From positions 36,084,001 to 36,148,000 of the forward strand of contig OX597831.1 of NCBI GenBank assembly GCA_951406725.2: a stretch of DNA of 64,000 nucleotides, in the 5' to 3' direction. This DNA comes from Octopus vulgaris. Taxonomy: Eukaryota. Below are positions 42,011-54,501 of the stretch, one piece after another; the stretch's first letter is position 1, and each line of letters starts with the position of its first letter. The notes beneath the pieces were generated by a model. That model saw only the letters and a program-made list of their open reading frames with translations, did not search any database and was not told the origin of the DNA. The translations under genes and the position numbers were made by a program.

Positions 42011-43559
42011 TATAATCACACACACACACACACACGCACGCAGAATCACTCATGTACAAACACACGCACACACACGCACACACACACACACAAAAATACA
42101 CAAACACACACGAACATACACACGCACACACGCACGCACTCACGTACGCACACACACCTAGACATAAGTACACACGCGCGCACACACAAACATTCATGCA
42201 CAAATACACACACACGTACACACGCGCACACACTCACAAACACACGCGCACACAAACATACGCACACAAGCACACGTACAAACACACACACTAAGACATA
42301 CACACACACACAAAGATTAAATGATAAAACATACATTTATAAACTATTTTAATCAACACTTAATCTTGTGACTGAACTAATCGCTTACAAAATTGTCGCA
42401 CACAGATTGCTCTTTATCTCACCTGACAGCAAAATTCCGTTAAATTTTGTCAAATGCAAAACCGCCCGCTGTTGGTATGTTTAAAACCTGTATTAAAGCA
42501 AGCAGTTAAGTCTTTAAGACCAAAGCAGTAATTTAACATTAGTGAGAAACTTCTAGAAAATAAATTAAAGATATATTATTTTGTTAAGCATAAATGCATC
42601 TCTATCGTTTGATTTCTTTTTCACCACTTGTAATTCTCTCCCGCGGTACTATATTGCTAATACCTTTAAATAACGGCAGGTATATTACAACTTTTCCTCT
42701 GCATTTAGTTTAAAATCTGTGACTGAACGCTGATGTAATAAATAATTATTATTTGGAGATCCATGATAAATGTAGAAAGCGAAAAAATGTATTATAGACC
42801 TATTAAGAGATGGTGGGTAACTAAAAATTCTGAAATATTTAAAGGCTGTTTCGAGCATTAAAAGATTAAGAATTGCAGCAATGTTGAAGTAAGAAAAAAA
42901 TCAAAAACAATAAGGATAAATAATAAAAAAGAAAGAGTCTTTTAAAATCATAACGCTTTCAGAAAGGTAAAATGTATTTTGAACGGTTTTAAGTAATCAC
43001 TATGGAAAAGTAAAATAAAATAAAAAAAATCCAACAACCTCTAAATAGAAACGCATCATTTATTATTTAAATATAAGGATAAATATTTTTTTATTATATA
43101 ATTTTGACAACTTATTGATATAAAGTAGAAAAAGTTTAAAATATGCTGCTACTAAAATAAGCCTAAAAAAGAACATAAATGTATCTTGATTTAAAATTTA
43201 CTGAAAGCCAAGGAATTGCTATAATGCATTGAGACAGAACAAAATATTTAACACTTTCACAACTTGTCTTCATTTCCAATTTAGGTTTTGTGCTTCTTAT
43301 AGAAATTAACATAAATAAACTTCGTAGATTCACACATTACTTCAGAAGTATGAACCACTTTAAAAACTTCTATTAAAACATCTCCATACGAATGTGGTAA
43401 AATCAGAGTGTGGTTTAAGAAAAAATAAAAATGAAACTAAAAAATAAAATACAAGCTCTGGTATATGTCCCCATCACTTCCAAAAAAGAAAAAAAAAATG
43501 CACGATGACGGAATGAACTGGCAGATTAAGTCTGGCCGATAGATTAAGAAACACAGGTT

Positions 43560-43905
43560 AAGGCGGCGAGCTGGTAGAATCGTTAAGCACGCTGGTCGAA
43601 ATGCTTAGCAGTATTTCGTCTGTCTTTACGTTCTGAGTTCAAATTCCGCCGAGGTCGACTTTGCCTTTCATCATTTCGGTGTCGATTATATAAGTACCAG
43701 TCACGCACTGGGGTCGATATAATCGACTTAATCCGTTTGTCTGTCCTTGTTTGTCCACTCTGTGTTTAGTCCCTTGTGGGTAGTAAAGAAATAGGTATTG
43801 CATCTGTCTTTATGTTCTGAGTTCAAATTCCGCCGAGGTCGATTTTGCCTTTCATTTTTTCGGAGTCGATAAATTAGGTACCAGTTGCGTACTGGGTCGA
43901 TCTAA
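43560..43905 (+). mobile_element. SINE family B, dimeric
   Basis: AAGGCGGCGAGCTGG head and two core units. Confidence 0.85.
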
Positions 43906-43921
43906 CACATATATATGCATG

Positions 43922-43966
<45 letters not shown>

Positions 43967-43976
43967 ATGTAGCTAT

Positions 43977-44047
<71 letters not shown>

Positions 44048-44049
44048 AT

Positions 44050-45080
44050 ATAATATTATTAGAGACAAAACCACTATTTTGCAAAACAAACAAGGAAAGA
44101 CTTAATCAATACATAAAATTTTAATAAAAAGTCAAAAAAACCGCCACTACAATTGTTTCTTGTCTTGATCGACAATCTTCAGGTGGACTTCCAATCTAAA
44201 ATATCAATATTTTAAAATATAAAAATAATAATTTTAAAATAATTAAAGTATTAATGAAAAAATATAAATATATAATCTATTTATAACCTATATATAATCC
44301 ATATATAATCAATATATAAACAATATATAAACTAAAATAAACCTATCAACAATTAGATATAAAATATAAAATATAAAATATAAAATATAAAACAAAACAA
44401 AAAATAAACTATATATACACCCATACACATATAACTAATTATATATAACCATATCTAAATACATACACTAAATCACACACCTATATATATATCCCTATAC
44501 ATACACATAAAAACGTCTAGGCAACGATAAATAAATAAAATAGCTAAATACTTCAACACAATACTTATTCATACTCCCTCACACACACATACAACCCACA
44601 TTCCCGCTCTAGAAACGGACATCACTTAAAATTATGAACGGAGAAATGGAATAAATGGAATTAAAAATTATATTCACTTGGTAAAACGAACACTACTTAA
44701 AAATTATGAATGAAACAATGCAATAAAACAACAGACATCGCAAATAGACACAAATTACTACGAATTCCTTAACAAAACTACCATGATAAACCAAAACTCA
44801 TAAAAACATATAATGATAAAATCTCCCTTTACTAAACTCTATAACATACCTATATAGCAATCCCCCTAACCTAAACATTCACACACAAATACACACACGT
44901 AAACCACACACCCACGACATATACAAATACCCACCCCACTTACACATACCTATACATACATATAAACCTCAACATATACTCCAAAAACCCACTCAACCCC
45001 ACACAGACAAATAAACACATACATCCCCAAACCTAAATAGCAAACCCATAAACACATTCACACACAAATATACATACGTA
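44050..45080. repeat. 3' pseudo-LTR of the PLE (left arm of inverted repeat)
   Basis: Near-perfect reverse complement of 49978-51005, with only scattered substitutions and indels. Confidence 0.93.
44144..44186 (-). ncRNA. Minimal type I hammerhead ribozyme (sense to the PLE)
   Basis: ccac CTGAAGA ttgtc-gatcaa-gacaa GAAAC aatt GTA gtgg. Stem I ccac/gtgg, canonical core, 5-bp stem II, palindromic stem III (ACAATTGT), GUA cleavage triplet. Confidence 0.9.
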
Positions 45081-46800
45081 AAACACACACCATATACATA
45101 TACATACTCACCAAACTCAATATATACAACAATATTAACACACCCACATTCATACAGATAAAGAAACTACACAACCAAAATACGCACACACTCACACACA
45201 ATCCCACATACATAAACACTCCAAAGAAAAACAACATTATTACACATAATACGATATATAAAATACATTGTAAGTAACCAGAATATCAAAAATAACAATA
45301 TGACATAAGGAGAAATAATATACATACTTTCAAGACAGTTTCAAATTATGAAGTGAAATTAAATTCTAATCCGTTAAAAACATCAAACCAAATTACGTTA
45401 CCATAGGAACATAACTTATGTATAAAAAGAATACGCGCTATGGAAGCAAACCTCACTTAAAATTATGAATGGAGAAATAGAATTAATGGAATTAAAAATT
45501 ATATACACGCGGTAAACCAACATTATTTAAAAAAATTATGAATGGATTCTTTTATAAAACTACCATGATAAACTAAAACTCACAAAAACATAAATGATAA
45601 AACCTCCCTTTACTAAACCCTATAACATACTTATATAGCAATCCCTTTAACCTATACATTCACACACAAATACACACACGTAAACCACACACCCATAACA
45701 AATACAAACACCCACCCCACTCACACACACCCACAAGTACATATAAGCCTCAACATATACACCAAACAAAATTACGTTACCAAGGAACTTAACATATGTA
45801 TAAAAAGTATTCCCGCTCTGGAAACGAACATCTTTTAAAATTATGAATGGAGAAATGGAATAAATGGAATTAAAAATAATATTCACGTGGCAAAACGAAC
45901 ACCACTCAAAAATTATGAATGAAACAATGTAATAAAACAACAAACATCGTAAATAGACAAATTACCACGAATTCCCTAAAAAAACCATGATAAACCAAAC
46001 TCATAAAAACATATAACGATAAAATCTCCCTTTGCTAAACTCTATAACAAACCTATATAGCAATCCCCCTAACCTAAACATTCACACACAAATACACACA
46101 CGTAAACCACACACCCACGACTTATACAAATACCCACCTCACTCACACATACCTATACTAACTTATAAACCTCAATATACACCAAAAACCCACTCCCTCC
46201 CCACACAGACAAATTAACACATACATCCCCAAACCTAAATAACAAACCCATATACACATTCACACACAAACACACACACACGCAAAACACACACACACAA
46301 CAGATACATATACTCCCTCACATATACGCATATACATACTCACTAAACTCGATATATACAACAATATTTACACACCCACACTCATACAGATAAATAAATT
46401 ATACAACTAAAAAACGCACACACTCACACACAATCTCACATACATAAACACTCCAATAAAAACAACATTAAATACATCGTAATTAACCAGAATATCAAAA
46501 ATAACAATATGACATAAGGAGAAATAAAATACATACTTACAAGTCAGTTTCAAATTATGAAGTGAAATTAAATTCTAAGCCGTTAAAAAAATCAAACCAA
46601 AATAACGTTACCATAGAAACATAACTTATGTATAAAAAGAATACGCGCCATGGAAAGCAAACGTCATTTAAAATTATTAATGGAGAAATAGAATAAATAG
46701 AACTAAAAACTATATCCACGTGGCAAACCAACACTACTTAAAAAAAAAAAAAAAAAAAATTAATATGAATGGATTCTTTAATAAAACTACCATGATAAAT
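44601..46800. repeat. ~1.21 kb imperfect tandem duplication in the PLE 3' region, each unit with two related sub-repeats
   Basis: Motif ...AAAATTATGAA(C/T)GGAGAAAT(G/A)GAAT... recurs in blocks starting at about 44601, 45431, 45811 and 46641. Offsets 44601 to 45811 and 45431 to 46641 are both ~1210 bp. Confidence 0.85.
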
Positions 46801-46801
46801 T

Positions 46802-47760
46802 ATTATATGCATTTATGAGCTTTAGCTCATCTTGGCAGCTCTAACAAACAATTTGCAGTAGCCCACGTCTATTTTTGATGCCTGCCATTCCACTACACTA
46901 TTCCATTCCCAATTCTAAGCAACGCTAGCCCACCACCCGGTTACAATTCCCAACTCCACCCATTCATTCACAATTTCAACGACGTTCGCCTCCACATCGC
47001 TACGTATGAGCCTCAATATATACACCGGTGATTCGCTTCCACATCCGTGCGGATGGGTGAGAGTATGCATTGAGTGTAGTGATGGGGCTCCCTTTGCTAT
47101 GCACATTTGTACCTGTGTGGTAGTCTCCATGTGTATATTCACGCACGGGTATAAATGCGGGGGGTATACGCGCACGGCATGTGCGTGTACCCCCTCACAT
47201 GTACATGTGCATACTTGTTGGGCTCGATATGTGCAACGGTGTGTACACGCCCGCATACATGCAGATGAGCGAACTGCACAATCAAAATACGCACACATGT
47301 GTGTGTGCGTTTTTAGGTTGTGCAGCTCACCCATCTGGGTGTGAGTGGGTGTGAGCGTATTGCTGTGGATGTCAAGCTTGATACGTATGTATATGAGTGT
47401 GTTTTGGGGGGTTGTACGTATGTGTTGTGTGCATGTGCTTCGCGCACGTGCGTCCGTGTATGGATGAATATATGGGGATTGCTATGTGGGTGTAAATTGG
47501 GTATGGAGGGGGAGTTTTGTCATTGTATGGGTGTGGGTTTCATTTGTGATGGTGGTTTGTTGGTGATTTGTGGTATGTTCTGTATATTTGGGTTAGTTAT
47601 GTATTGTTCTTGTGTGTATAATTGTATACATGTATGATTGGTGTGAGTGGGATTGGGCCATTTTTGGGGATGTATGTGTTTATTTGTCCGTGTGGGGCGG
47701 GAGTGGCCGTTTGGTGTATATGTTGAGGCTCACATGCAATTCCAGGTACGCGCGAATGAA
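46802..47760. repeat. Diverged inverted copy of the 44.6-46.8 kb repeat unit (internal fold-back arm)
   Basis: 46802-46908 aligns ungapped to the reverse complement of 44708-44814. ~47298-47395 matches rc of ~45090-45195, and ~47665-47735 matches rc of ~44965-45030. Confidence 0.8.
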
Positions 47761-48216
47761 GTGGGCACTTATATTTGTTATGGGTGTGTGTACTTTATTA
47801 TAACAGACAATACCCAAATAAAATCTGTCAATTCAACATACCAAATAAAAAACAAAGGGATCGTAAGCATTCACACATACATACAAAACTCAATATATAC
47901 ACCACTAAATAACACCCATCATCATATAAATATATCCTCCAATATACATATAACAAATGCATAATAAAAATACATAATAAAATAAAAATAAAACAATATA
48001 TAATTAAAGAAAATTAAAAAAATCTAATATAAATTATTAAAGTTTTAACATACCATAAACTGTTATATTAATATACATTAAAAATGAACTAATTAAAACA
48101 AAGAAATATCAATAAAGACTAACTATAATTAAAGCCTAGACTACATAACCAAATAAATATAATTAACTAAACTAATTTAAACTAAACTAAAGTAACCTAA
48201 TAGGGAACTATTAATG

Positions 48217-49111
48217 CTATTTATCATGAAACTTATTATATAGGTAAAGTAACTTATGTCTGCATTTTATTTTGCGCTCTTCACCAGTATTAAGTAAATT
48301 ATCATACTTATAAAATAAAATTTCTTTAAACTCATTAGAGCATAAATAACAACAATTAGCTCCTATAGTATATGATTTAGTTTTACAAATTATTTCCCAA
48401 ATTAAACTATAATTAATATTTAGTGATTTAAGTCTCCAAATGTACTTACTAAGTCCGGTTGAGTTGATTAAGTTTTTATTTTTAAAAGAATTCATATGTT
48501 GTGCGATTCTTAATTTTATTTTTGAGGAAGTAGAACCTATATAAACTGCTTTTGGGTAATTATTATTCTTAAAGTTATTATCATGTAATGTAACTATACA
48601 TTTATACACTACATCGTTAATATCACAATTATTATTTAATATAAAATTATATTTATCTCTACATGTACAATTAATATAAGTCTTATCATTATTAATATTA
48701 TTATCAAATAATTTCTTTTTATAAAAATTATTCAGTTTATATTTATTAAATGAAGAAATAATGTTACCAACATTATTAGTGGTAGAATAACCTACTCCAA
48801 AATTATTAAAAGAGAAAATGTTTCTATATTTACGATTATCTCTAATAAATAGTTCTATAACATCTAAAATCTCTTTAATAATATTCGTTTTTACTTGATC
48901 TCCATAAGGAACTATTAACCAAATTTTATTCTTATTAACCTTATTATTATTATCATTATTATAAATATATTTATAATTCTTTATTTTATTAAAATTATTA
49001 TCAGAATTATATCTATGTACAGCATTTAAGGAATTATTAATATTATTAATTTTATCAATATAATTATTATAATAATTATTAAATTTATTTTTATTTTTAT
49101 TATTCTTATTT

Positions 49112-49192
<81 letters not shown>

Positions 49193-49450
49193 TTATTTAT
49201 ATTTTTATCAGTTTTATTATTTTTATAATATCTATTATTTTTACCACTAAACCTAACAAAATTATAATTATTATTAGAAGTATCTCGAAAATTATCATTT
49301 AAATCTTTATCACTAATATTATAAAATTTAATATTCCTATTATAACCTGCCCCTCTAAGGGCCTCATTATAATAATTAGCATGTTTATTAAAAATCTCTA
49401 TATCATAAGAGAGTAAAGAAATACGTTTACTTATATTATTAATCAACGAT
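48217..49450 (-). CDS. PLE RT thumb, Asn-rich linker and GIY-YIG endonuclease (continuation of the RT ORF after a +1 frameshift)
   Basis: SLINNISKRISLLS...YYNEALRGAGY (thumb); IVPY; NCTC...NNC...VVYKCIV...VYIGSTSSKIKLRIAQH..SF...TGLSKYIWRLK...WEII...CYLC..E...LLN...E...CRH (GIY-YIG with Cys/His motifs). Removing one A from the A7 run at 49450-49456 joins HPFSIKK to SLINN in frame. Confidence 0.9.
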
Positions 49451-49978
49451 TTTTTTAATAGAAAATGGGTGATTACTATTAACATTTATATATCTAAGGT
49501 TCTCATTAAGTTTATGATATGGTTGTGTTTTACCTGTAATAAGATTAAAATTAACATCTAAATAATTAACATTATAATTCTCCTTATATATAGTAATACT
49601 TAAACCATATCTTTTAAAGAAACTATATAGTTTTTTCTTATATACTTCTAGATTCCTATTAGTACAATTCTTTGTAACTAGTAGAAGATCGTCTCTATAT
49701 AAACCACCCTCTATCTTAAGATTTTCTAATTGGAGTTCAGATAAAAGAAAAATACCTACTAAATCAGTAGCCTGTGCAGTATCTGGTGCTCCCATAGGTA
49801 TATCAAAACAATCTCTAGTATCATTCCTAGCCCATAATTTATTTTTATATTTAATTAGCGATTTCCTAGCCATTTTAATTACATTAACTTCTTCCCGTGA
49901 CATACCCACTTTATTCATTGCGAAAATAAGCGCTTTATTAAACACAATTTCATTAATAGAAGAATAATAATTATCTAT
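49439..49978 (-). CDS. PLE reverse transcriptase, partial (5'-truncated within the first catalytic motif)
   Basis: Translation IDNYYSSINEIVFNKALIFA...FDIPMGAPD...GGLYRDDLLLV...VNYLDVNFNL...PYHKLNENLRYINVNSNHP shows the PLE RT motifs (D..FY.SI, PMG, YRDD, YLDV, NHP). The frame runs upstream to the inversion junction with no start codon. Confidence 0.92.
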   Translation of the reverse strand: MDNYYSSINEIVFNKALIFAMNKVGMSREEVNVIKMARKSLIKYKNKLWARNDTRDCFDIPMGAPDTAQATDLVGIFLLSELQLENLKIEGGLYRDDLLLVTKNCTNRNLEVYKKKLYSFFKRYGLSITIYKENYNVNYLDVNFNLITGKTQPYHKLNENLRYINVNSNHPFSIKKIVD

Positions 49979-51005
49979 ACGTATGTATATTTGTGTGTGA
50001 ATGTGTTTATGGGTTTGCTATTTAGGTTTGGGGATGTATGTGTTTATTTGTCTGTGTGGGGTTGAGTGGGTTTTTGGAGTATATGTTGAGGTTTATATGT
50101 ATGTATAGGTATGTGTAAGTGGGGTGGGTATTTGTATATGTCGTGGGTGTGTGGTTTACGTGTGTGTATTTGTGTGTGAATGTTTAGGTTAGGGGGATTG
50201 CTATATAGGTATGTTATAGAGTTTAGTAAAGGGAGATTTTATCATTATATGTTTTTATGAGTTTTGGTTTATCATGGTAGTTTTGTTAAGGAATTCGTAG
50301 TAATTTGTGTCTATTTGCGATGTCTGTTGTTTTATTGCATTGTTTCATTCATAATTTTTAAGTAGTGTTCGTTTTACCAAGTGAATATAATTTTTAATTC
50401 CATTTATTCCATTTCTCCGTTCATAATTTTAAGTGATGTCCGTTTCTAGAGCGGGAATGTGGGTTGTATGTGTGTGTGAGGGAGTATGAATAAGTATTGT
50501 GTTGAAGTATTTAGCTATTTTATTTATTTATCGTTGCCTAGACGTTTTTATGTGTATGTATAGGGATATATATAGGTGTGTGATTTAGTGTATGTATTTA
50601 GATATGGTTATATATAATTAGTTATATGTGTATGGGTGTATATATAGTTTATTTTTTGTTTTGTTTTATATTTTATATTTTATATTTTATATTTTATATT
50701 TAATTGTTGATAGGTTTATTTTAGTTTATATATTGTTTATATATTGATTATATATGGATTATATATAGGTTATAAATAGATTATATATTTATATTTTTTC
50801 ATTAATACTTTAATTATTTTAAAATTATTATTTTTATATTTTAAAATATTGATATTTTAGATTGGAACCCACCTGAAGATTGTCGATCAAGGCAAGAAAC
50901 AATTGTAGTGGCGGTTTTTTTTACTTTTTATTAAAATTTTATGTATTGATTAAGTCTTTCCTTGTTTGTTTTGCAAAATAGTGGTTTTGTCTCTAATAAT
51001 ATTAT
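49978..51005. repeat. Inverted pseudo-LTR copy at the 5'-truncated end of the PLE
   Basis: Reverse complement of 44050-45080. It starts where the RT frame is cut and continues into a tail absent from the left copy. Confidence 0.93.
50869..50911 (+). ncRNA. Minimal type I hammerhead ribozyme (inverted pLTR copy)
   Basis: ccac CTGAAGA ttgtc-gatcaa-ggcaa GAAAC aatt GTA gtgg. Differs from the left copy by one stem II change that gives a U.G pair. Confidence 0.9.
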
Positions 51006-51083
51006 ATAATATTTTACTATAAAATTGGATTTAATCCTAAATCTGATTCTTTCCCTGTAAATTTGGATTTATTCCCTAATATT

Positions 51084-51142
<59 letters not shown>

Positions 51143-51145
<3 letters not shown>

Positions 51146-51320
51146 AGAATTCACAAAAAAAAGACGAAGACAGGTGGTGTAGATAACAAACAGATGTTTT
51201 AGTATAACGCGCGGGAAGTGAAAAAGTCTTTAACGTTTCGAGTCTACGCTCTTCCACAGAAAGGAACACAGAAAGAAACAAGGAGAGAAAATAAAGAATG
51301 TATAGTGGCTAGCGATATAA
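51143..51320 (-). mobile_element. Short repeat with HHR-like motif at 51228-51263
   Basis: cttt CTGTGGA a gag-cgtaga-ctc GAAAC GTT aaag; abuts (TA)n. Confidence 0.62.
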
Positions 51321-51799
51321 AATAAATCATTTAACGATAGGTGATACATGGAAGCGCTTGCATAAACCGAAGAAGGAGTCTGTGCGTAGTGACGGCTCAT
51401 GCTGGAACGTCTTTGACCATAGTCTGCTCAGAGCAGATCTGGACCAAAAGATCAGCAACAACAACACGTAGAAGAATTTTTGTTTTAATATGGAAATGGA
51501 AAGGGATTTCTAATAAAGGCACAATAGAGGTGGGGAAGTTAATTGATTTCACCCTCTCCGGTACCTGACCGGTACTTTATTTAACCAACTCCCAAAAAGA
51601 TGAAAGGTAAATATGTAATTACTTCTGATTTGGGCACAAACCCAGCAATTTTGAGGGAGGTGGTTAGTTAATATAATCGACCCCCTTTGTAGCCTGGCCC
51701 CTCATTTTATCGACCCTTGTCAAGTTTTGGTTAAAAGAATAAAAAAACTTACTTGGCGGGATATGAAGTCGGAACGCGAATAGCTGGAACAAATATTCA

Positions 51800-52527
51800 T
51801 GTCTACTCTAGGTACACAGCCAGAAATTTTAGGGGAGGAGGCCAGTCAATTAGATTGACCCCAGTACGCAACTGGTACTTAATTTATCGACCCCGAAAGG
51901 ATGAAAGGCAAAGTCGACCTCGGCGGAATTTGAACTCAGAATGTAAAGACAGACGAAATACCTCTTTCTTTACTACCCACAAGGGGCTAAACACAGAGAG
52001 GACAAACAAAGACAGACAAACGGATTAAGTCAATTATATCGACCTCAGTTCGTAACTGGTACTTATTTAATCAACCCCGAAAGCATGAAAGGCAAAGTCG
52101 ACCTCGGCGGAATTTGAACTCAGAACGTAGCGGCAGACGAAATATCGCTAAGCATTTCTCCCGGCGTGCTAACGTTTCTTATTTCTTTATTGTCCACAAG
52201 GGGCTAAACATAGAGGGGACAAACAAGGACAGACAAAGGGATCAAGTCGATTACATCGACCGCAGTGCTAACGTTTCTGCCAGCTCACGGCCTTAGTTGG
52301 AACAAATATTCTTTTCTACTCTAGGCACAAGGCCCGAAATTTTGGGGGATGAGAGGCCAGTCGATTAGATTGACCCCAGTACGCAACTGGTACTTAATTT
52401 ATCGACCCCGAAAGGATGAAAGGCAAAGTCGACCTCGGCGGAATTTGAACTCAGAATGTAAAAACAGACGAAACACCGCTAAGCATTTCGCCAGGCGTGC
52501 TAACGTTTCTGCCAGCTCGCCGCCTTA
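51800..52527 (-). mobile_element. SINE family B cluster (tandem or duplicated units)
   Basis: Core unit at ~51880, 52070 and 52396; the short flank ggaacaaatattc is repeated at ~51786 and 52299. Confidence 0.85.
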
Positions 52528-53187
52528 GCTGGAATAAATATTGCAAGATAAATTTCTTTATTAAGCCAAGTAGGGCCGAACACAGAGGGGACAATACAAT
52601 GTAGAATTTTTCTTTTTGAAACCGACCAGTATGAATCGAAAACGTTTAAGACAGTTTGTTCAACGTTTTAACGTTTCAGCCAGCTTACTCCCACCGTGTA
52701 TGAAAATGGAAAAAAGACTCAAGCGAAAACCATTTTGCGTAGGTGGATTTAATGCATTTCCTGACTTTATGTCGGATTTTATTTATTGACATGACGTGTA
52801 CCGTCAAATAAAATACATGTCATAACGAATATCCATCAACTGATATAGATTATATTTCAAGTTTTGAATTACAGTTCAATAGTTAAAATCTTCACATAGC
52901 AACCACGTCGCATCAACTTTGCTCACTACTATATGACAGTTTGGAAAAGTATCTTCTCTTGTATTCTTAGTTAGACTAACGACTTGTGAAGGGAGTTTAG
53001 TAGGTCGAAACTATGCGGAAGCCCGACGTGTTACGCTAAGTATGTGTGGTCGATAATGTCTAACGTTTATTACACTTGCGCAGCTCCTGTTTTATGTTTC
53101 TTTTTTTTTTCTCTCCCCCAAAAAGAAAAGCTCTAGTTTGTAATCTGTCCCGTCTGTGTGCAGCCCTGTGTGGCTAATAAAGAAACA

Positions 53188-53271
<84 letters not shown>

Positions 53272-53277
53272 CATCTA

Positions 53278-53310
<33 letters not shown>

Positions 53311-53694
53311 TTATCTATCTATAAAATAGTGTACATTTAAACACAAGAGAAATTACCTTTAACAGGTAATTTTACACGATAGAAGGAGCAGTCAAAACGA
53401 CCGAAACCACATTTAAGAGCAATTTCGAAGGAATGAAAAATATAAACTCTTACCTTGTTATTTTATTACGGTTATACCTAGGTTTCAAATTTTATTAGCA
53501 AATAAAATTATTTATCAGGCAAAATTCTCATCAGTAACCGCGCCATAATATTAACATATAATTTAGAGACAAATAACACTTGTCTCATCCTTATATTTTA
53601 GAATTTTTCAAATTCACCGATCAAGTGCAGTTTCAGTCGGCAGTAAATGAAAAATGCCGAACTGATCTTCGAAAAGCTAAAATCATATGCGTAA

Positions 53695-53848
<154 letters not shown>

Positions 53849-54338
53849 ACATATATAAACATATATGCACACAGACGCACACACACACACATACACGCAC
53901 ACAATGATAAGTAATGGTAAGCTCCAACGATCTAGGTGTAGGAAGTTAGTAGTATAAGAAACAACTTTGAGGAAAAATAATAGGTTATTGGCGGATAAGG
54001 TCTTAGGGTTTTCTCATATCGAAGTTCGATAAACGGGAAAAAGTGCTTTTATAGTTCACGCTTAGCATCTCGGGCTGCCATGAATGCGAATAAAAAATCC
54101 AAATTGAGGGAAACAGAACAAGTAAAATCCAGGCTACACATGTTTCCTGGCTAACAGAACCTCGGAGGTAATAATTACTCAACGAGGTGTATTTCACTAG
54201 CTATTTATGAGGCTGAAGATACTTCACTAGCTAGTGACCAGGCCAAAGATACCATCGGCCTGATGAGTAGCAAGTGGAGCACCCATTCTTAAGTAATTAA
54301 TACATCCAATGTTCTCCTATCTAGGCGACATGTCGCTT

Positions 54339-54392
<54 letters not shown>

Positions 54393-54501
54393 GTAACAAT
54401 AAAAGGAATTTCGATTATCCCCCACGCGGTGAGTTGAAATGTATATAAGAAATTAAAAAAGAAAAATACGCACACCTACATAGTTTTAATATAATTTTTA
54501 A

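Larger units (their letters stand above)
44050..51088 (-). mobile_element. Penelope-like retroelement (PLE), 5'-truncated, with inverted pseudo-LTR at the truncation point; inserted in (TA)n
   Basis: RT and GIY-YIG coding region at 48217-49978 (-). ~1.03 kb near-identical inverted repeats at 44050-45080 and 49978-51005, each with a hammerhead motif. ~80 bp tail extension at 51006-51088. (TA)n on both flanks. This is the typical PLE layout. Confidence 0.93.

Noticed and set aside
46915-47964. Cys/Val/His-rich ORFs in the PLE 3' region
   Set aside because: They fall on the diverged inverted repeat arm; low complexity and no recognisable domain.
48217-49978. Selenocysteine recoding, reported for some Naiad-type PLEs
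   Set aside because: No in-frame TGA in the visible ORF, which ends in TAG; no SECIS element was identified by eye.
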